Assembly: GCA_048938385.1 (NCBI GenBank)
Contig: JBHLMG010000008.1
Location: forward strand, 36,084-100,083
Direction of reading: 5' to 3'
Length of the DNA stretch: 64,000 nucleotides
From: Promethearchaeota archaeon
Lineage (GTDB): Archaea > Asgardarchaeota > Hermodarchaeia > Hermodarchaeales > Hermodarchaeaceae
The stretch's first letter is position 1. The number at the start of each line of letters is the position of its first letter. The translations under genes were made by a program, and so were the position numbers. Under the pieces are notes generated by a model. It saw only the letters and a program-made list of their open reading frames with translations, was not told the origin of the DNA and did not search any database. Positions 8,700 through 18,378 of the stretch are shown here, piece after piece.

Positions 8700-10118
8700 T
8701 TATTCATGTTCATGATTGTGGGTGTGAACATGGCTGGGATCGTAGAGGTTAGCAAGAGTTGTTACAATGAGTTCGGTGAGTGCAGGATGAATGTGCATTC
8801 CTTGGGCTAGCGTCCACATGTTACCACCAATTGCCATGATATCTACGACTTCTTGAATGAGCATTGGGGCGTACGGACCGATGATGTGAAATCCTAGGAT
8901 TTTGTAAGTTGCCTTATCGACAATGGCTTTAGCGAAACCGTCTTCTTCGACCATGGCTTCTCCTTTGGCTACATCGGAGTATCGTGCTGTTCCAACGAGT
9001 ATTTCGTGTTTTTGAGCGGCTTCGTTTTGGGTAAGACCAACACCTGCAATTTGTGGATAAGTAAAGACTGCATAAGGGACTGCGTGATATTCCATTTTTT
9101 GTTTTTCATCACGGGTGGCGTTGTTCCAGGCGATTTGTGCTTCACGGTTAGCTACATGTTTGAACATGTAACGCCCCGTGACATCACCGAGAGCCCAGAT
9201 ATTCTTCTTACTGGTTTCGAGGTAATCATTGACGATGATGAATCCTCGGTTATCCGTTTTGACTCCGGTTTTGTCGACTTTGAGGACATCGGCGTTTGAT
9301 CGACGCCCTGTTGCAACAAGTATGCGTTCTGCAATAAATTCAGCAAGTTCGTTAGTTTCTTGGTTTTTCCCGATGACAACATCGCCTTGCTTTGTGTGTT
9401 TTACTTCAATTGCGGAAGTATTGGTATGAATTGCCATTCGGCGCGAGAGGGCTTTAAGTAATGTAGTAGAGATTTCAGGTTCGTTGTTAGGTACTAAGCG
9501 TGGTCCGCGTTGAATCATAGTCACCTGCGATCCCATAGCTGCAAGGAAGTGCCCGTATTCTGCGGCAATATAGCCCCCTCCAATAATAGCCACACTTCTT
9601 GGTAATTTATCAATCTGCAGTAAGGTTTCATTAGTTAGATAGTCTACGGTTTCTAGGCCTTTTATGGGCGGAATTGAAGGTCGTGCTCCTGCCACAATGA
9701 AGATTTTCTTGCCTCGTATCTGTTCTTCTGCGACCTCCATTGTATAATCATCAATGAAGTAACCTTCAGTTTCATAGAAATCAAGATTTTTAGCATGTTG
9801 TAATCCTGCTCGCATGTGAGCTAGACTTTCATCGATCGGTCGGCGCATCCGCGCCATAATTGCTTTAAAATCAATGTTTTTTATTTCAGCATCAATGCCT
9901 AATCGATGAGCTTCTTGAATTTCAACGACGCGATCTGCTGGATAGATCAACATCTTTGATGGAATGCAACCTACATTTAGGCAGGTACCGCCGAGTGGTC
10001 CCCGGTCAACATATGCGACCTTGAAACCAGCGCGGTAGGCTGAGTCCAGAATGATGCCTCCTGAACCTGAGCCGATAACAATGACATCAAATTCCTTCAT
10101 GAGGCTAGTTGGATACAC
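8700..10118 (-). CDS. Pyridine nucleotide-disulfide oxidoreductase (dihydrolipoamide dehydrogenase/mycothione reductase-like)
   Basis: GSGSGG FAD motif, GGTCLNVGCIPSK redox disulfide, GGGYIAAE, ATGRRSN, HIHPALTE; His-rich tail. Confidence 0.92.
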   Translation of the reverse strand: MYPTSLMKEFDVIVIGSGSGGIILDSAYRAGFKVAYVDRGPLGGTCLNVGCIPSKMLIYPADRVVEIQEAHRLGIDAEIKNIDFKAIMARMRRPIDESLAHMRAGLQHAKNLDFYETEGYFIDDYTMEVAEEQIRGKKIFIVAGARPSIPPIKGLETVDYLTNETLLQIDKLPRSVAIIGGGYIAAEYGHFLAAMGSQVTMIQRGPRLVPNNEPEISTTLLKALSRRMAIHTNTSAIEVKHTKQGDVVIGKNQETNELAEFIAERILVATGRRSNADVLKVDKTGVKTDNRGFIIVNDYLETSKKNIWALGDVTGRYMFKHVANREAQIAWNNATRDEKQKMEYHAVPYAVFTYPQIAGVGLTQNEAAQKHEILVGTARYSDVAKGEAMVEEDGFAKAIVDKATYKILGFHIIGPYAPMLIQEVVDIMAIGGNMWTLAQGMHIHPALTELIVTTLANLYDPSHVHTHNHEHE

Positions 10119-10318
10119 TATCCTTAAAATAACTTCATAAATTCCAACTCAAAGATCTGATAAGGTATTACTGAACGCATTTTCGTTGGGACTTCAGTGA
10201 GGTGTTTTGAATTTTAATTACTCTAAGGAGGTAGCTACTTGGCTTTTTTTCGTGGGTACAGAACTTTTTCAAGGAGTATTGTGTTAGTGCTTATAGCTCC
10301 TGGGAGGATGGCTGTGCC

Positions 10319-11506
10319 ATGCCAACTTTGGTAAAAACTGCTGCGCGTTTACAATCAGTATCCCCTAGTGGGTTACGCGAATTTTTTGAAATTGGGGCTA
10401 AGCTTTCGGCCAAGGGAGTTGATGTGATTTCCTTGGGGATTGGTGACCTTGATTTACCTCTACCCACATTCCTTGGTGACGCGATCGCCGACGCTTTTGC
10501 TACTGGGCAAACTCATTATTCTTCGAATGCTGGAGTTCTGGAATTGCGTGAGGCAATTGCTAATAGGTATGAGAGCACATACCAACTCGATTATACTCCT
10601 GAGGAAGTTTTAGTTACTTGTGGTGCCTTGGAAGGTCTGCTAGATATTATGCTTGCGTTAATTGATCCTGGAGATAGGGTGCTAATCCAGGATCCAGCTT
10701 TTGGTTATTTTGCTAACCAAGCCATTATGGCTGGTGCAGAAGTAGAACTTATTCCCATGACAGTGGATTTTGATTTGAATGTAAACGCGTTTGATAGGGC
10801 CATTGAGAAATTTGGACCTAAACTAGTAGTGATTAATTCCCCCTGCAATCCTACAGGTTCTGTCGCCTCACGGAAGAACATCAAAGAGATAGTGGCACTC
10901 ACTAAGGAACATGATTGCATACTTGTTTCCGATGAATGCTATGAGTTCCTGCGTTACGATGGACATAAACACACATGTTCTGCTGAGTTTTCACAAGAGA
11001 ATGTCATCGTCGTCAACAGCTTTTCAAAGGCTCTGGCGATGACGGGTTTACGCTTAGGTTATGTAATTGCTCCCGCACAGTTGATGCGTCCAATCTATCA
11101 GGTCCACCAATACAATACGGCTTGTGCTCCAACGCCAATCCAGGTGGGTGCTACTAAGACGATTACCAATGCTGAGGCTTTTCAGGGAATCATTGATCTT
11201 CATCGGAATGTGTTAAATGAGCGGCGAAAAGTAGCCATCGAATGTTTCAAGCCCCTTGAGGGGTTCACTCTCACCTATGATCCAATTGCCGGTTTCTACC
11301 TCTTTCCCGATGTAACGGATACTGGCATGACCGGTCCCGAATTTGCCATTACACTCCTTGAGGAAACGGGGGTAATTGTGGTGCCAGGTGACCAATTTGG
11401 AAAAGCCTATCCAGATAATATTCGAATTAGTGTAGGGTCGACTCCTCCAAACAGAATTCGTGAAGCAGCTTCACGCATCTCTTCATTCCTTGAGAAGAAG
11501 TGCTAG
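10319..11506 (+). CDS. PLP-dependent aminotransferase class I/II (aspartate aminotransferase-like)
   Basis: NSPCNPTG, SDECY, SFSKALAMTGLRLG, VPG..FG...IRIS. Confidence 0.93.
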   Translation: MPTLVKTAARLQSVSPSGLREFFEIGAKLSAKGVDVISLGIGDLDLPLPTFLGDAIADAFATGQTHYSSNAGVLELREAIANRYESTYQLDYTPEEVLVTCGALEGLLDIMLALIDPGDRVLIQDPAFGYFANQAIMAGAEVELIPMTVDFDLNVNAFDRAIEKFGPKLVVINSPCNPTGSVASRKNIKEIVALTKEHDCILVSDECYEFLRYDGHKHTCSAEFSQENVIVVNSFSKALAMTGLRLGYVIAPAQLMRPIYQVHQYNTACAPTPIQVGATKTITNAEAFQGIIDLHRNVLNERRKVAIECFKPLEGFTLTYDPIAGFYLFPDVTDTGMTGPEFAITLLEETGVIVVPGDQFGKAYPDNIRISVGSTPPNRIREAASRISSFLEKKC

Positions 11507-13707
11507 CGGGTTCGAAGATAAGCATCAAGAACTCCCTGATCCCGTTTTTCGATGAAATGCTCTACTAGTCGTTCATAATGCCAGCCCAAGGACGAGAGAA
11601 GCGTATCGGTGGCACGGAGGAGGAGTTCTGTGTACTTGTCTTTGTCGTACTGGGCTGCTGCCGAGGTATGTGGTAGAGCGACGCGCCGGTGAGGGTGTCC
11701 GGCTTTGGCGTTGGTGTGTACATACATCACCGGTTGACCGGGATGTACTTCTTGGCCATAACGAATGGCGAGTTCAGCGGCAATAGCCTGGCTACATTGT
11801 TGTTGATAGTCAGTGGGGGATCGGCTGATGTTCTGAGTAATAACGAGGTCTTCAACTGCGACGACTCCGCTACGCACGCGGTTCACATAGTCGGTGACGA
11901 TGTCAAGCAGCAGGGGCAGCAGTTCCTGCATTTCTTCGAGGTCATCTGCTCCTGCCAGGCATGTGATGAGGTCAAGTTGGAGTTGCTTAATCAGTGGTGG
12001 CGTGTCACGGCGACGAAGTTCAATACCACGGACCTTGATGGTCCCGTCTTCTTTCACGCCACAGTACCGCGTGAGGGCTCCGTAGGGCTGCCCTCGGCAG
12101 GGAAGGAACATGATCCAGCGGTATCGTCCTTCGAACTCTATGTTGAGCCCTGTTGCCTCGCTTATGGCTTCGCCGACTTTGATGTAATCCTCCACGGAGG
12201 CGCCGGATTTTTGCAGCCAGACACAATCCACGATACCGTGGAGAACTTGGAAGCCCCGTCGCTCGCAGATAGTCTTCGTATCTAAGAGGACGCGACGACT
12301 AAAGGCGGTTACGCATTCGTAGGCCTCGACTCGACCAAACCGGGAGGCGCGAAATCCGAGGTAGCCAAATGACACAACTAACAACCATTTCAAGGCAGAT
12401 TGTCGGGCTTCGTAAATGGGGTCCTCGTGGCGATGCTGTTTGTAGAAAGTGCGTTTCTCAAGGATCGGCTGTAGGAAGGCGGGGACAATACCTGTCGTTC
12501 GTCGACATAACCAGTAGCCTAGTTCCGGCACGATGGTGGCGTCCTCGGGACAACAGTCGCAGAAGAGGGCTTCTGGCGATATGTTGTACTTGACCATCAA
12601 CGCTGGGTACATGGACAGAAAGTCTAACTCGCCCACATCGCTGAAGATGCCGACTCGGGGAGTAATCACATGTCCTCCTCGATCAGCGTTGAGTAGTTCA
12701 ATGCCCGTCTTGTACTGTTCCGGATCTGCCTTAGTCTCTGGAACCAGAACGCCACGGTACAGGGCTTCTTGCATCTGCAGCATGTTAATACCCGTGCCAG
12801 GACTACTCCGGGCCATCTGCTGCGGAGGAAAGGCGGTGAGCCGGCTCGCTTCGACTAACCCCTCGAAGTTGCCAAAAGTCATGTGCGATCGATCTAAGTG
12901 CAATCGGCCCCGCAAAATGAAAGGATGCGGTCGATAGAAGACAGGTCCGCCGTATCGGAACACGGCGCGCCCAGCAGGCAAAGTCTTGTCATGGAAGGTG
13001 TGAGGGGTTTGGTCGCGATTCAGCGAAAACTCTTGCACCATCCCCGCATCTTGGGCGCGTTGGATGAGGGCAGGAAAGACCTGTGCATCTCCGTGTTCGG
13101 TGAAGATGATGTCCGGATCTTGAGCCGTAACCCAATCTTGGAGCATCGAGGGCTCGGTTGTGTGAAGCGTCTCGCCTTTGGAGCTGGTGGCAGTGAAGAG
13201 ATCCTCTCCTTCCAGGCGCAGGTCTACGGTATCAAGGGGGGGCAAAGTATAATCCAGAGCCCAGCGGGAATCGCAAGAGTCGATCTGCGTCACACGGCGC
13301 CCCGAGGACTCGGTGTGAACCTCTACTTGCTCGAAGGGGAAGCGCCGCTGTTCAAGATACCACAGCTGCGTCGCGGAGAGATCGCCGTTGAAGATGCGAA
13401 ATCGAGGGACGGCGAGGGCTTTGATTTCGCGAATAACACGAGCGAGCTGAGTGCAGGAGGAAACGGTCACAGCGATGACCGGGCGTGGCGGACCTCGCAG
13501 CTGTAGCGGGTGAAACTCGGGCGTCACGGCGCTTACTAGGGGGTGACTTTCGAACAGCGGCGCATAGTCTTCGAAGCGTACTCCCGGAGCGTGTAAATAG
13601 AACCGTGGCTGGTAGGATACCTCTAGGGGCACAGTCGCTTTTTCCGTTCGTAGCCATAGGAGTAGGTGGTCGGCTCGAGGGGTGACATCGAGAATCATAC
13701 CACGCAT
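11503..13707 (-). CDS. polB2: Family B DNA polymerase, PolB2 (Dpo2) type
   Basis: Motif A DFLSMYP, motif B LKWLLVVSFGYLG, altered motif C HGIVDC, KVRGIE.RRRD; degenerate exonuclease region. Confidence 0.9.
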   Translation of the reverse strand: MRGMILDVTPRADHLLLWLRTEKATVPLEVSYQPRFYLHAPGVRFEDYAPLFESHPLVSAVTPEFHPLQLRGPPRPVIAVTVSSCTQLARVIREIKALAVPRFRIFNGDLSATQLWYLEQRRFPFEQVEVHTESSGRRVTQIDSCDSRWALDYTLPPLDTVDLRLEGEDLFTATSSKGETLHTTEPSMLQDWVTAQDPDIIFTEHGDAQVFPALIQRAQDAGMVQEFSLNRDQTPHTFHDKTLPAGRAVFRYGGPVFYRPHPFILRGRLHLDRSHMTFGNFEGLVEASRLTAFPPQQMARSSPGTGINMLQMQEALYRGVLVPETKADPEQYKTGIELLNADRGGHVITPRVGIFSDVGELDFLSMYPALMVKYNISPEALFCDCCPEDATIVPELGYWLCRRTTGIVPAFLQPILEKRTFYKQHRHEDPIYEARQSALKWLLVVSFGYLGFRASRFGRVEAYECVTAFSRRVLLDTKTICERRGFQVLHGIVDCVWLQKSGASVEDYIKVGEAISEATGLNIEFEGRYRWIMFLPCRGQPYGALTRYCGVKEDGTIKVRGIELRRRDTPPLIKQLQLDLITCLAGADDLEEMQELLPLLLDIVTDYVNRVRSGVVAVEDLVITQNISRSPTDYQQQCSQAIAAELAIRYGQEVHPGQPVMYVHTNAKAGHPHRRVALPHTSAAAQYDKDKYTELLLRATDTLLSSLGWHYERLVEHFIEKRDQGVLDAYLRTR

Positions 13708-13846
13708 AGGCGGTCAAGGCTGGTGTTCTTGGGGGGGTATAAAAAGCCGGAATCCTATGTGCAAAAGTGTTGTCAATGGAGGGGTATGATTTGGGGGTTT
13801 TTTGTGCTACAAACGGTGTACCTTGTCGGATAGTAATGTTACTGGG

Positions 13847-15784
13847 CTAGTCACGCATAGTGGAGGCTCCGCATGTAGGGCAGTACTGGGCTTGACTGGG
13901 TAGAAGAGCGCCACAGTAACCACAGAATCGTCCTGTTGGAGTAGTCGTTGGTTGCGTTGGAGTGTAGGTTGGGCCATATGGAGGGGGTGGTGAAGGTATG
14001 GATCGGCGCTTTATTGTAACGGCGATGATAATGGCTATAATCACGGCGAGTAATATTCCCCCGAGTAAAGCTGCAAGAAGCGCGGGACTAAAGGGTAGTG
14101 TAGGAAAGGTTGGGCCATCTCCGCCGTAGAAGGTGATTTGAAAAACCCCTGCATCGGTGGTGCTTGGGAATGAAAACACCTCGAGATAGTAAGAGCTACC
14201 GGCTGATAGCTGAATTTGAATCTCTTCTGTTGAGTCTGCACTTATGGAATAATCGAGACTGTTGAGGCTTGAGTCGTAGATGTAAAGGTCGAAGTCGGTA
14301 TCGTACTCAGGCCAGGCTGGAGCAAGGGTAATCGTGTAGTAGGCACTCGTTGTTGGGGTAAAAGTGAAGTAGACTGAGTCATCTTCGTCGTCAAGATAAC
14401 CGTAATAAGTGCCGGTCGGACTGATTGTGCAGGCTGTGCTGTGGTGTTCCCCAAAATCGAGGAAAGCTTCAATGAACTCATCCCAGAGGGATTCACTTGC
14501 GAGGAAGAGCGGGTTGCTTCCATAGTCTGCTGTGTAGATACTTAGTCCCTTAGCTCCAGGCACCGCGGATAGATGACTTTCATTAAACACGCATAGAATC
14601 ACTGCTGCCCCCAGTTCATAGGCGGAAATATGGATGGCAGGGTAGCTGTCATTTGCAAACAAGTTAACTATTCCTAACGCAAAGCCTCCAAGGTCCACAA
14701 ACTCTGGGGAGGAGAAAGTTTGCGTTGTGGCTAAAGACTGGCATACGCGATTATAGACATCAGATGACTGCGTTGGACTTTGAATTAAAGCAGCAAGTTC
14801 TCCAGCTAGGGTTTTCAAAGAATCAACAACCGGTTCAACTTGGGATGTATCAACTGCTGATAGGCAAGTGAAGCTAAAGGAAGGATCGTAGTATTGTCCA
14901 CCAACATCATAGGCGTCCGTGTAAAAGAAGACTATCTGGGATGCCAATTGTGGTGGTGTCGTACTAGGATTGTTTGTAAGGTCTTGGAGAATGTCATCGT
15001 AAGGAAACCCGTTGAGAGGAATGCCCTCTTCGGAGAACACAAGATAATTGGTTGTATTACGAAGTTCATAAGCAACTTCAATTTGAGCCATAAGGCATGC
15101 ATCAAAGGCTACAAGATCGAGGTGTTGTACGGCGGAGTCATTGAGTGCGTAATAGACATCGCGAACATCCATGGCAGTTCCGCTAGTGTCATCAACACAT
15201 AATCCAAGAGCACCAGCCCCATGGTCCCATAGTACGAGTAGGTATTGATCAGCGGGAGCATACGATTGACCAAAGACAACGAAATCACGGAGAGTTTGCC
15301 AGTTTCCCATATCAGGTTCAGAGGGCAATGAGGTTGAGAGCTCAATGGAATTAATGGTGTTTGTATTCATATCTTGTATCACTTCATAGCATTTGGCTCC
15401 TGAGTAGGGTGCATCCGACCCCGACCAAAAGTCAACATACACAATGATTTTGACATCGGCGGTTGATCCCACGAGTTCCATTTCATTAAGATCGATGAAG
15501 GCATACTCTTCGAGATCATTATCACCATCTAGGTATACTAGCACTGTCCAATTATCTCCTGGCTGAGGTGGTGGAATATCCATCGGATTCGGTGTAAAAG
15601 AATTGATACTGGATGTGGTTTGAAGTGAAAACTGTTTACTGTCGGTTTCGCCTTCTGAGGAGGGAATGACTGAGTATGGAGTCAATGAACTAATAACAGG
15701 TAAGAATAGGATCAACAACAGAGTGAAGGTAATTGAAAAATTCCGAGGCATCATGATAAAGGTCTCCCGCTGAAATTGGACCAT
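13847..15784 (-). CDS. Clostripain-family (C11) cysteine peptidase with PPC-like domain, TM helix, Pro-rich tail and Zn ribbon
   Basis: WTVLVYLDGDNDLE, LWDHGAG (His), FDACLM (Cys), DFDLYIYD, TM helix, CGYCG...CPTCG. Confidence 0.9.
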   Translation of the reverse strand: MVQFQRETFIMMPRNFSITFTLLLILFLPVISSLTPYSVIPSSEGETDSKQFSLQTTSSINSFTPNPMDIPPPQPGDNWTVLVYLDGDNDLEEYAFIDLNEMELVGSTADVKIIVYVDFWSGSDAPYSGAKCYEVIQDMNTNTINSIELSTSLPSEPDMGNWQTLRDFVVFGQSYAPADQYLLVLWDHGAGALGLCVDDTSGTAMDVRDVYYALNDSAVQHLDLVAFDACLMAQIEVAYELRNTTNYLVFSEEGIPLNGFPYDDILQDLTNNPSTTPPQLASQIVFFYTDAYDVGGQYYDPSFSFTCLSAVDTSQVEPVVDSLKTLAGELAALIQSPTQSSDVYNRVCQSLATTQTFSSPEFVDLGGFALGIVNLFANDSYPAIHISAYELGAAVILCVFNESHLSAVPGAKGLSIYTADYGSNPLFLASESLWDEFIEAFLDFGEHHSTACTISPTGTYYGYLDDEDDSVYFTFTPTTSAYYTITLAPAWPEYDTDFDLYIYDSSLNSLDYSISADSTEEIQIQLSAGSSYYLEVFSFPSTTDAGVFQITFYGGDGPTFPTLPFSPALLAALLGGILLAVIIAIIIAVTIKRRSIPSPPPPYGPTYTPTQPTTTPTGRFCGYCGALLPSQAQYCPTCGASTMRD

Positions 15785-15834
15785 TCACATTTCAGTTATT
15801 ATTTCTCCCTAATAAATTCACAGATTCCTGACAA

Positions 15835-17178
15835 CTAATCTTTAACAAATTTTCCTAAACGGGTTCCAAACGCGCGTTCTTTGGGTTTTAATTCTAAGGG
15901 TTTTTTAATTAGTTTTTCTGCGTTTCGAAAGAATATGGCGTATAGTACAACTTGAAGGCCGTAGAAGATAAGAGTCAACCAGAAGGGCAAAAGGTACTGT
16001 CCTTGATCAAACAGTTGTCCGACAAATTGTACGCTGGTTGCGCGACCAAATCCTTGCGCTGACATATTGAGGGCTGCTAAATTCGATCGCCATCGGCGTG
16101 GTACTAATTCCATGCGAAGGGTTTGCCCTACTGGCATTCCTGAGTTCATCAACGCGTTGCGAAGGAGATAACTCGCAATAGCAATATACGGATTCAAAAT
16201 AGTGGCTAGGACAATGATAAAGGGTAATGAAAGTGCCTGTGTAATAACGACTGTCCGTACTTTTCCAATTCGCGTTGAGAGGATTGGTGATAAGAGAACG
16301 CCTGTTGCCATGGTTGCCTGCCCTGTCGCAACGATGAGCCCTACAATGGGTGTGGGTAGATTATAGAACTCCCAGAACCAGACATTAATTAGGGGAACAA
16401 TGAGCCCTGCACCTAATCCGATTAGAGCGCTTATCACGATGAAGCGAAGAACGATGGAGACACGGAACTCGGGTTCAGAATCTAAATTGGCACTCTGGTT
16501 GCTGTTTTTATCATGGGAGGTGTTCAACTTGTTCGCTAGAGAATTTACTTTTAAGAAGAGCAGGGGAAAGATGCCGATGATGTAGGGGATAAACCAGATA
16601 GTCAGTGCAATTTGAAATGTAAGGGGGCTATCAAAGGGTAACACTAACCAAAGGGCAAATAGTCCAGGTAAAAAACCCCCAAGGGCGCTTCCAATGAAAC
16701 TGGAGCCAATTCGTGAAGCCTGAGAAGTACCAAAGAGATGGGTGCGCTCGTATTCAGAGCTACTTTCTGCCATTAGCGGAGAGTAAGAGGAGGTCTGTAA
16801 GCTAGATCCGAAGTTAAATAGTACTGTCATAAACAGCAGAATTGTTGGCTCGGGGTAAGCAACTTGAACGGCTGCGGTGACTCCGCTGATGAGGCTTGAA
16901 AGAATCAATGCGTTCTTTTCGCCGACTTTCCTTGTATATGGGCCTGCAACTAGAGCGCCTATAGCCATCGTGTAAATACCCAAAGCGAGGATTCCTCCAA
17001 CGAATGTGGTCGAGTAACCTAAGGAGAGTAGAAACAGATTGTAGATGGCTTGTCGGACGCCAAATCCTAATCGCGAAATGGCTTGACTGACAATTACCCA
17101 CCGTGCGTTTGGCGTAAATTGACGCACACGGTGCCAGTACGCTGCTACCTCACCTGTAAGGCTTTGAACCAGATTCAG
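15835..17178 (-). CDS. MFS transporter (probable CTG start at 17178; track start 17127)
   Basis: About 12 TM segments; close paralog of 25120-26439; homology extends upstream of the GTG (EVAAYWHRVRQF vs EANGYWQRIRQF). Confidence 0.85.
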   Translation of the reverse strand: MNLVQSLTGEVAAYWHRVRQFTPNARWVIVSQAISRLGFGVRQAIYNLFLLSLGYSTTFVGGILALGIYTMAIGALVAGPYTRKVGEKNALILSSLISGVTAAVQVAYPEPTILLFMTVLFNFGSSLQTSSYSPLMAESSSEYERTHLFGTSQASRIGSSFIGSALGGFLPGLFALWLVLPFDSPLTFQIALTIWFIPYIIGIFPLLFLKVNSLANKLNTSHDKNSNQSANLDSEPEFRVSIVLRFIVISALIGLGAGLIVPLINVWFWEFYNLPTPIVGLIVATGQATMATGVLLSPILSTRIGKVRTVVITQALSLPFIIVLATILNPYIAIASYLLRNALMNSGMPVGQTLRMELVPRRWRSNLAALNMSAQGFGRATSVQFVGQLFDQGQYLLPFWLTLIFYGLQVVLYAIFFRNAEKLIKKPLELKPKERAFGTRLGKFVKD

Positions 17179-17363
17179 TAGGAAACTCCTCCAAATGCGC
17201 TAGCTGAACGAACTGTAATAAAGTGATGACTACATCGCTCTTAGCCTTCATGGCATGGCTTCTTAGCTTAAAAGTATTGTAAACTATCAACAAAAATCGA
17301 AAGAATCAAGAAGAAAGAGAAGCGACGTCGCAAGTCTTTGGGCCCAAGTGAATGTTATGAGGT

Positions 17364-17579
17364 TCACTTCTTCTCTTTTTCAATTTCCGCGATGCGTTCA
17401 TCGATGTGCTTGAGGTAATCCTCGAGCTTCGACTTTAGCGCTTCAAGACTCTTGATTTGGGTCTTTTTGCTTGGTTCGTACATCGGATAGCACACTCCAC
17501 GGAAGTAGGGCATAAACCCCATATGGGGATGATGATCTCTATCTCCGCACAACATGATTTCACCTCTATTCAGGTTCAT
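17364..17579 (-). CDS. Small coiled-coil protein downstream of PadR (DUF5320-like; probable start 17555)
   Basis: PSKKTQIKSLEALKSKLEDYLKHIDERIAEIE coiled coil, echoing the PadR C-terminus; GAGGTG upstream of ATG 17555. Confidence 0.65.
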   Translation of the reverse strand: MNLNRGEIMLCGDRDHHPHMGFMPYFRGVCYPMYEPSKKTQIKSLEALKSKLEDYLKHIDERIAEIEKEKK

Positions 17580-18132
17580 TAGAACTCTTCAAATCCTCTA
17601 GGCGTTGTGCGACCCATTTGAGCTCGCGTTCCAGATACTCGCGATACCGCTTCAGGTATTCCAGATGTCGTGGACCACAATGTCCTGGTTGACAATGACG
17701 CCGTAAGGCAACAAAACCAAAGGGTGTGGGTTCTCTGGTTGACCATTCTAGTAGAGCGTCTTGAGCTTCGCCCTTAAGGCTGGTTCCTAAAAATCGCCAA
17801 AAATGGTCTTGCACTTGGAACTCGTCACCGAGGCTATGGAGCCCTTCTCGGAGTATCTTTTTGCCTTTCGGAGTTAGTTTGTATTCAATGGCGTCGGGGC
17901 GGTCTTCTTGTTGGACCTTTTCTTCGGAGATGAATTTTCGATCCCGAAGACTGTGGAGGGCTGGATACACTGTTCCGCTCTTGAGCCTCCATCGACCTAG
18001 TCGACCCTCAAGCCCTTGCATGACTCCATACCCGTGGGTTGGTTGTTGGTTAAGGAGGGTGAGGATAATTAACTGGACGAGGCTGATACTGCCTTCACTG
18101 GTTTTGATGCGACCTCTACCACCGAATGCCAT
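17566..18132 (-). CDS. PadR family transcriptional regulator
   Basis: IILTLL...PTHGYGVM, SGTVYPALHSL, YKLTPKG. Confidence 0.92.
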   Translation of the reverse strand: MAFGGRGRIKTSEGSISLVQLIILTLLNQQPTHGYGVMQGLEGRLGRWRLKSGTVYPALHSLRDRKFISEEKVQQEDRPDAIEYKLTPKGKKILREGLHSLGDEFQVQDHFWRFLGTSLKGEAQDALLEWSTREPTPFGFVALRRHCQPGHCGPRHLEYLKRYREYLERELKWVAQRLEDLKSSNEPE

Positions 18133-18149
18133 TATATAGACACCAACAT

Positions 18150-18192
18150 ATGTCGAGTTCTATATACCCTATGTAGAAATCTACTTATATAA
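18150..18192 (-). promoter_or_regulatory. PadR promoter: TATA box plus two imperfect palindromes (ATGTAGA-N2-TCTACAT consensus)
   Basis: ATGTCGAGTTCTATAT (18150-18165) and ATGTAGAAATCTACTT (18171-18186), 21 bp apart, between TTATATAA (18185-18192) and the start codon. Confidence 0.6.
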
Positions 18193-18378
18193 AGGTTACC
18201 TCGCGCCCACACAAATACCCATAAATACCCTCAACCCTAACAACTCTACTGTAGTTCACCGCGGCTACGGCTACAGACTAAACGAAAAACAGATTTCAAC
18301 AGCACCAATCGGGAAATCGTATCTCAGACAAGATTGTGAATCTAGCCAAGGCGAGCTACATCGAGGTAGAAAACAACA

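Noticed and set aside
11689-13717. Several 100-200 aa ORFs overlapping polB2
   Set aside because: Shadow ORFs expected from high GC content; no recognisable motifs.
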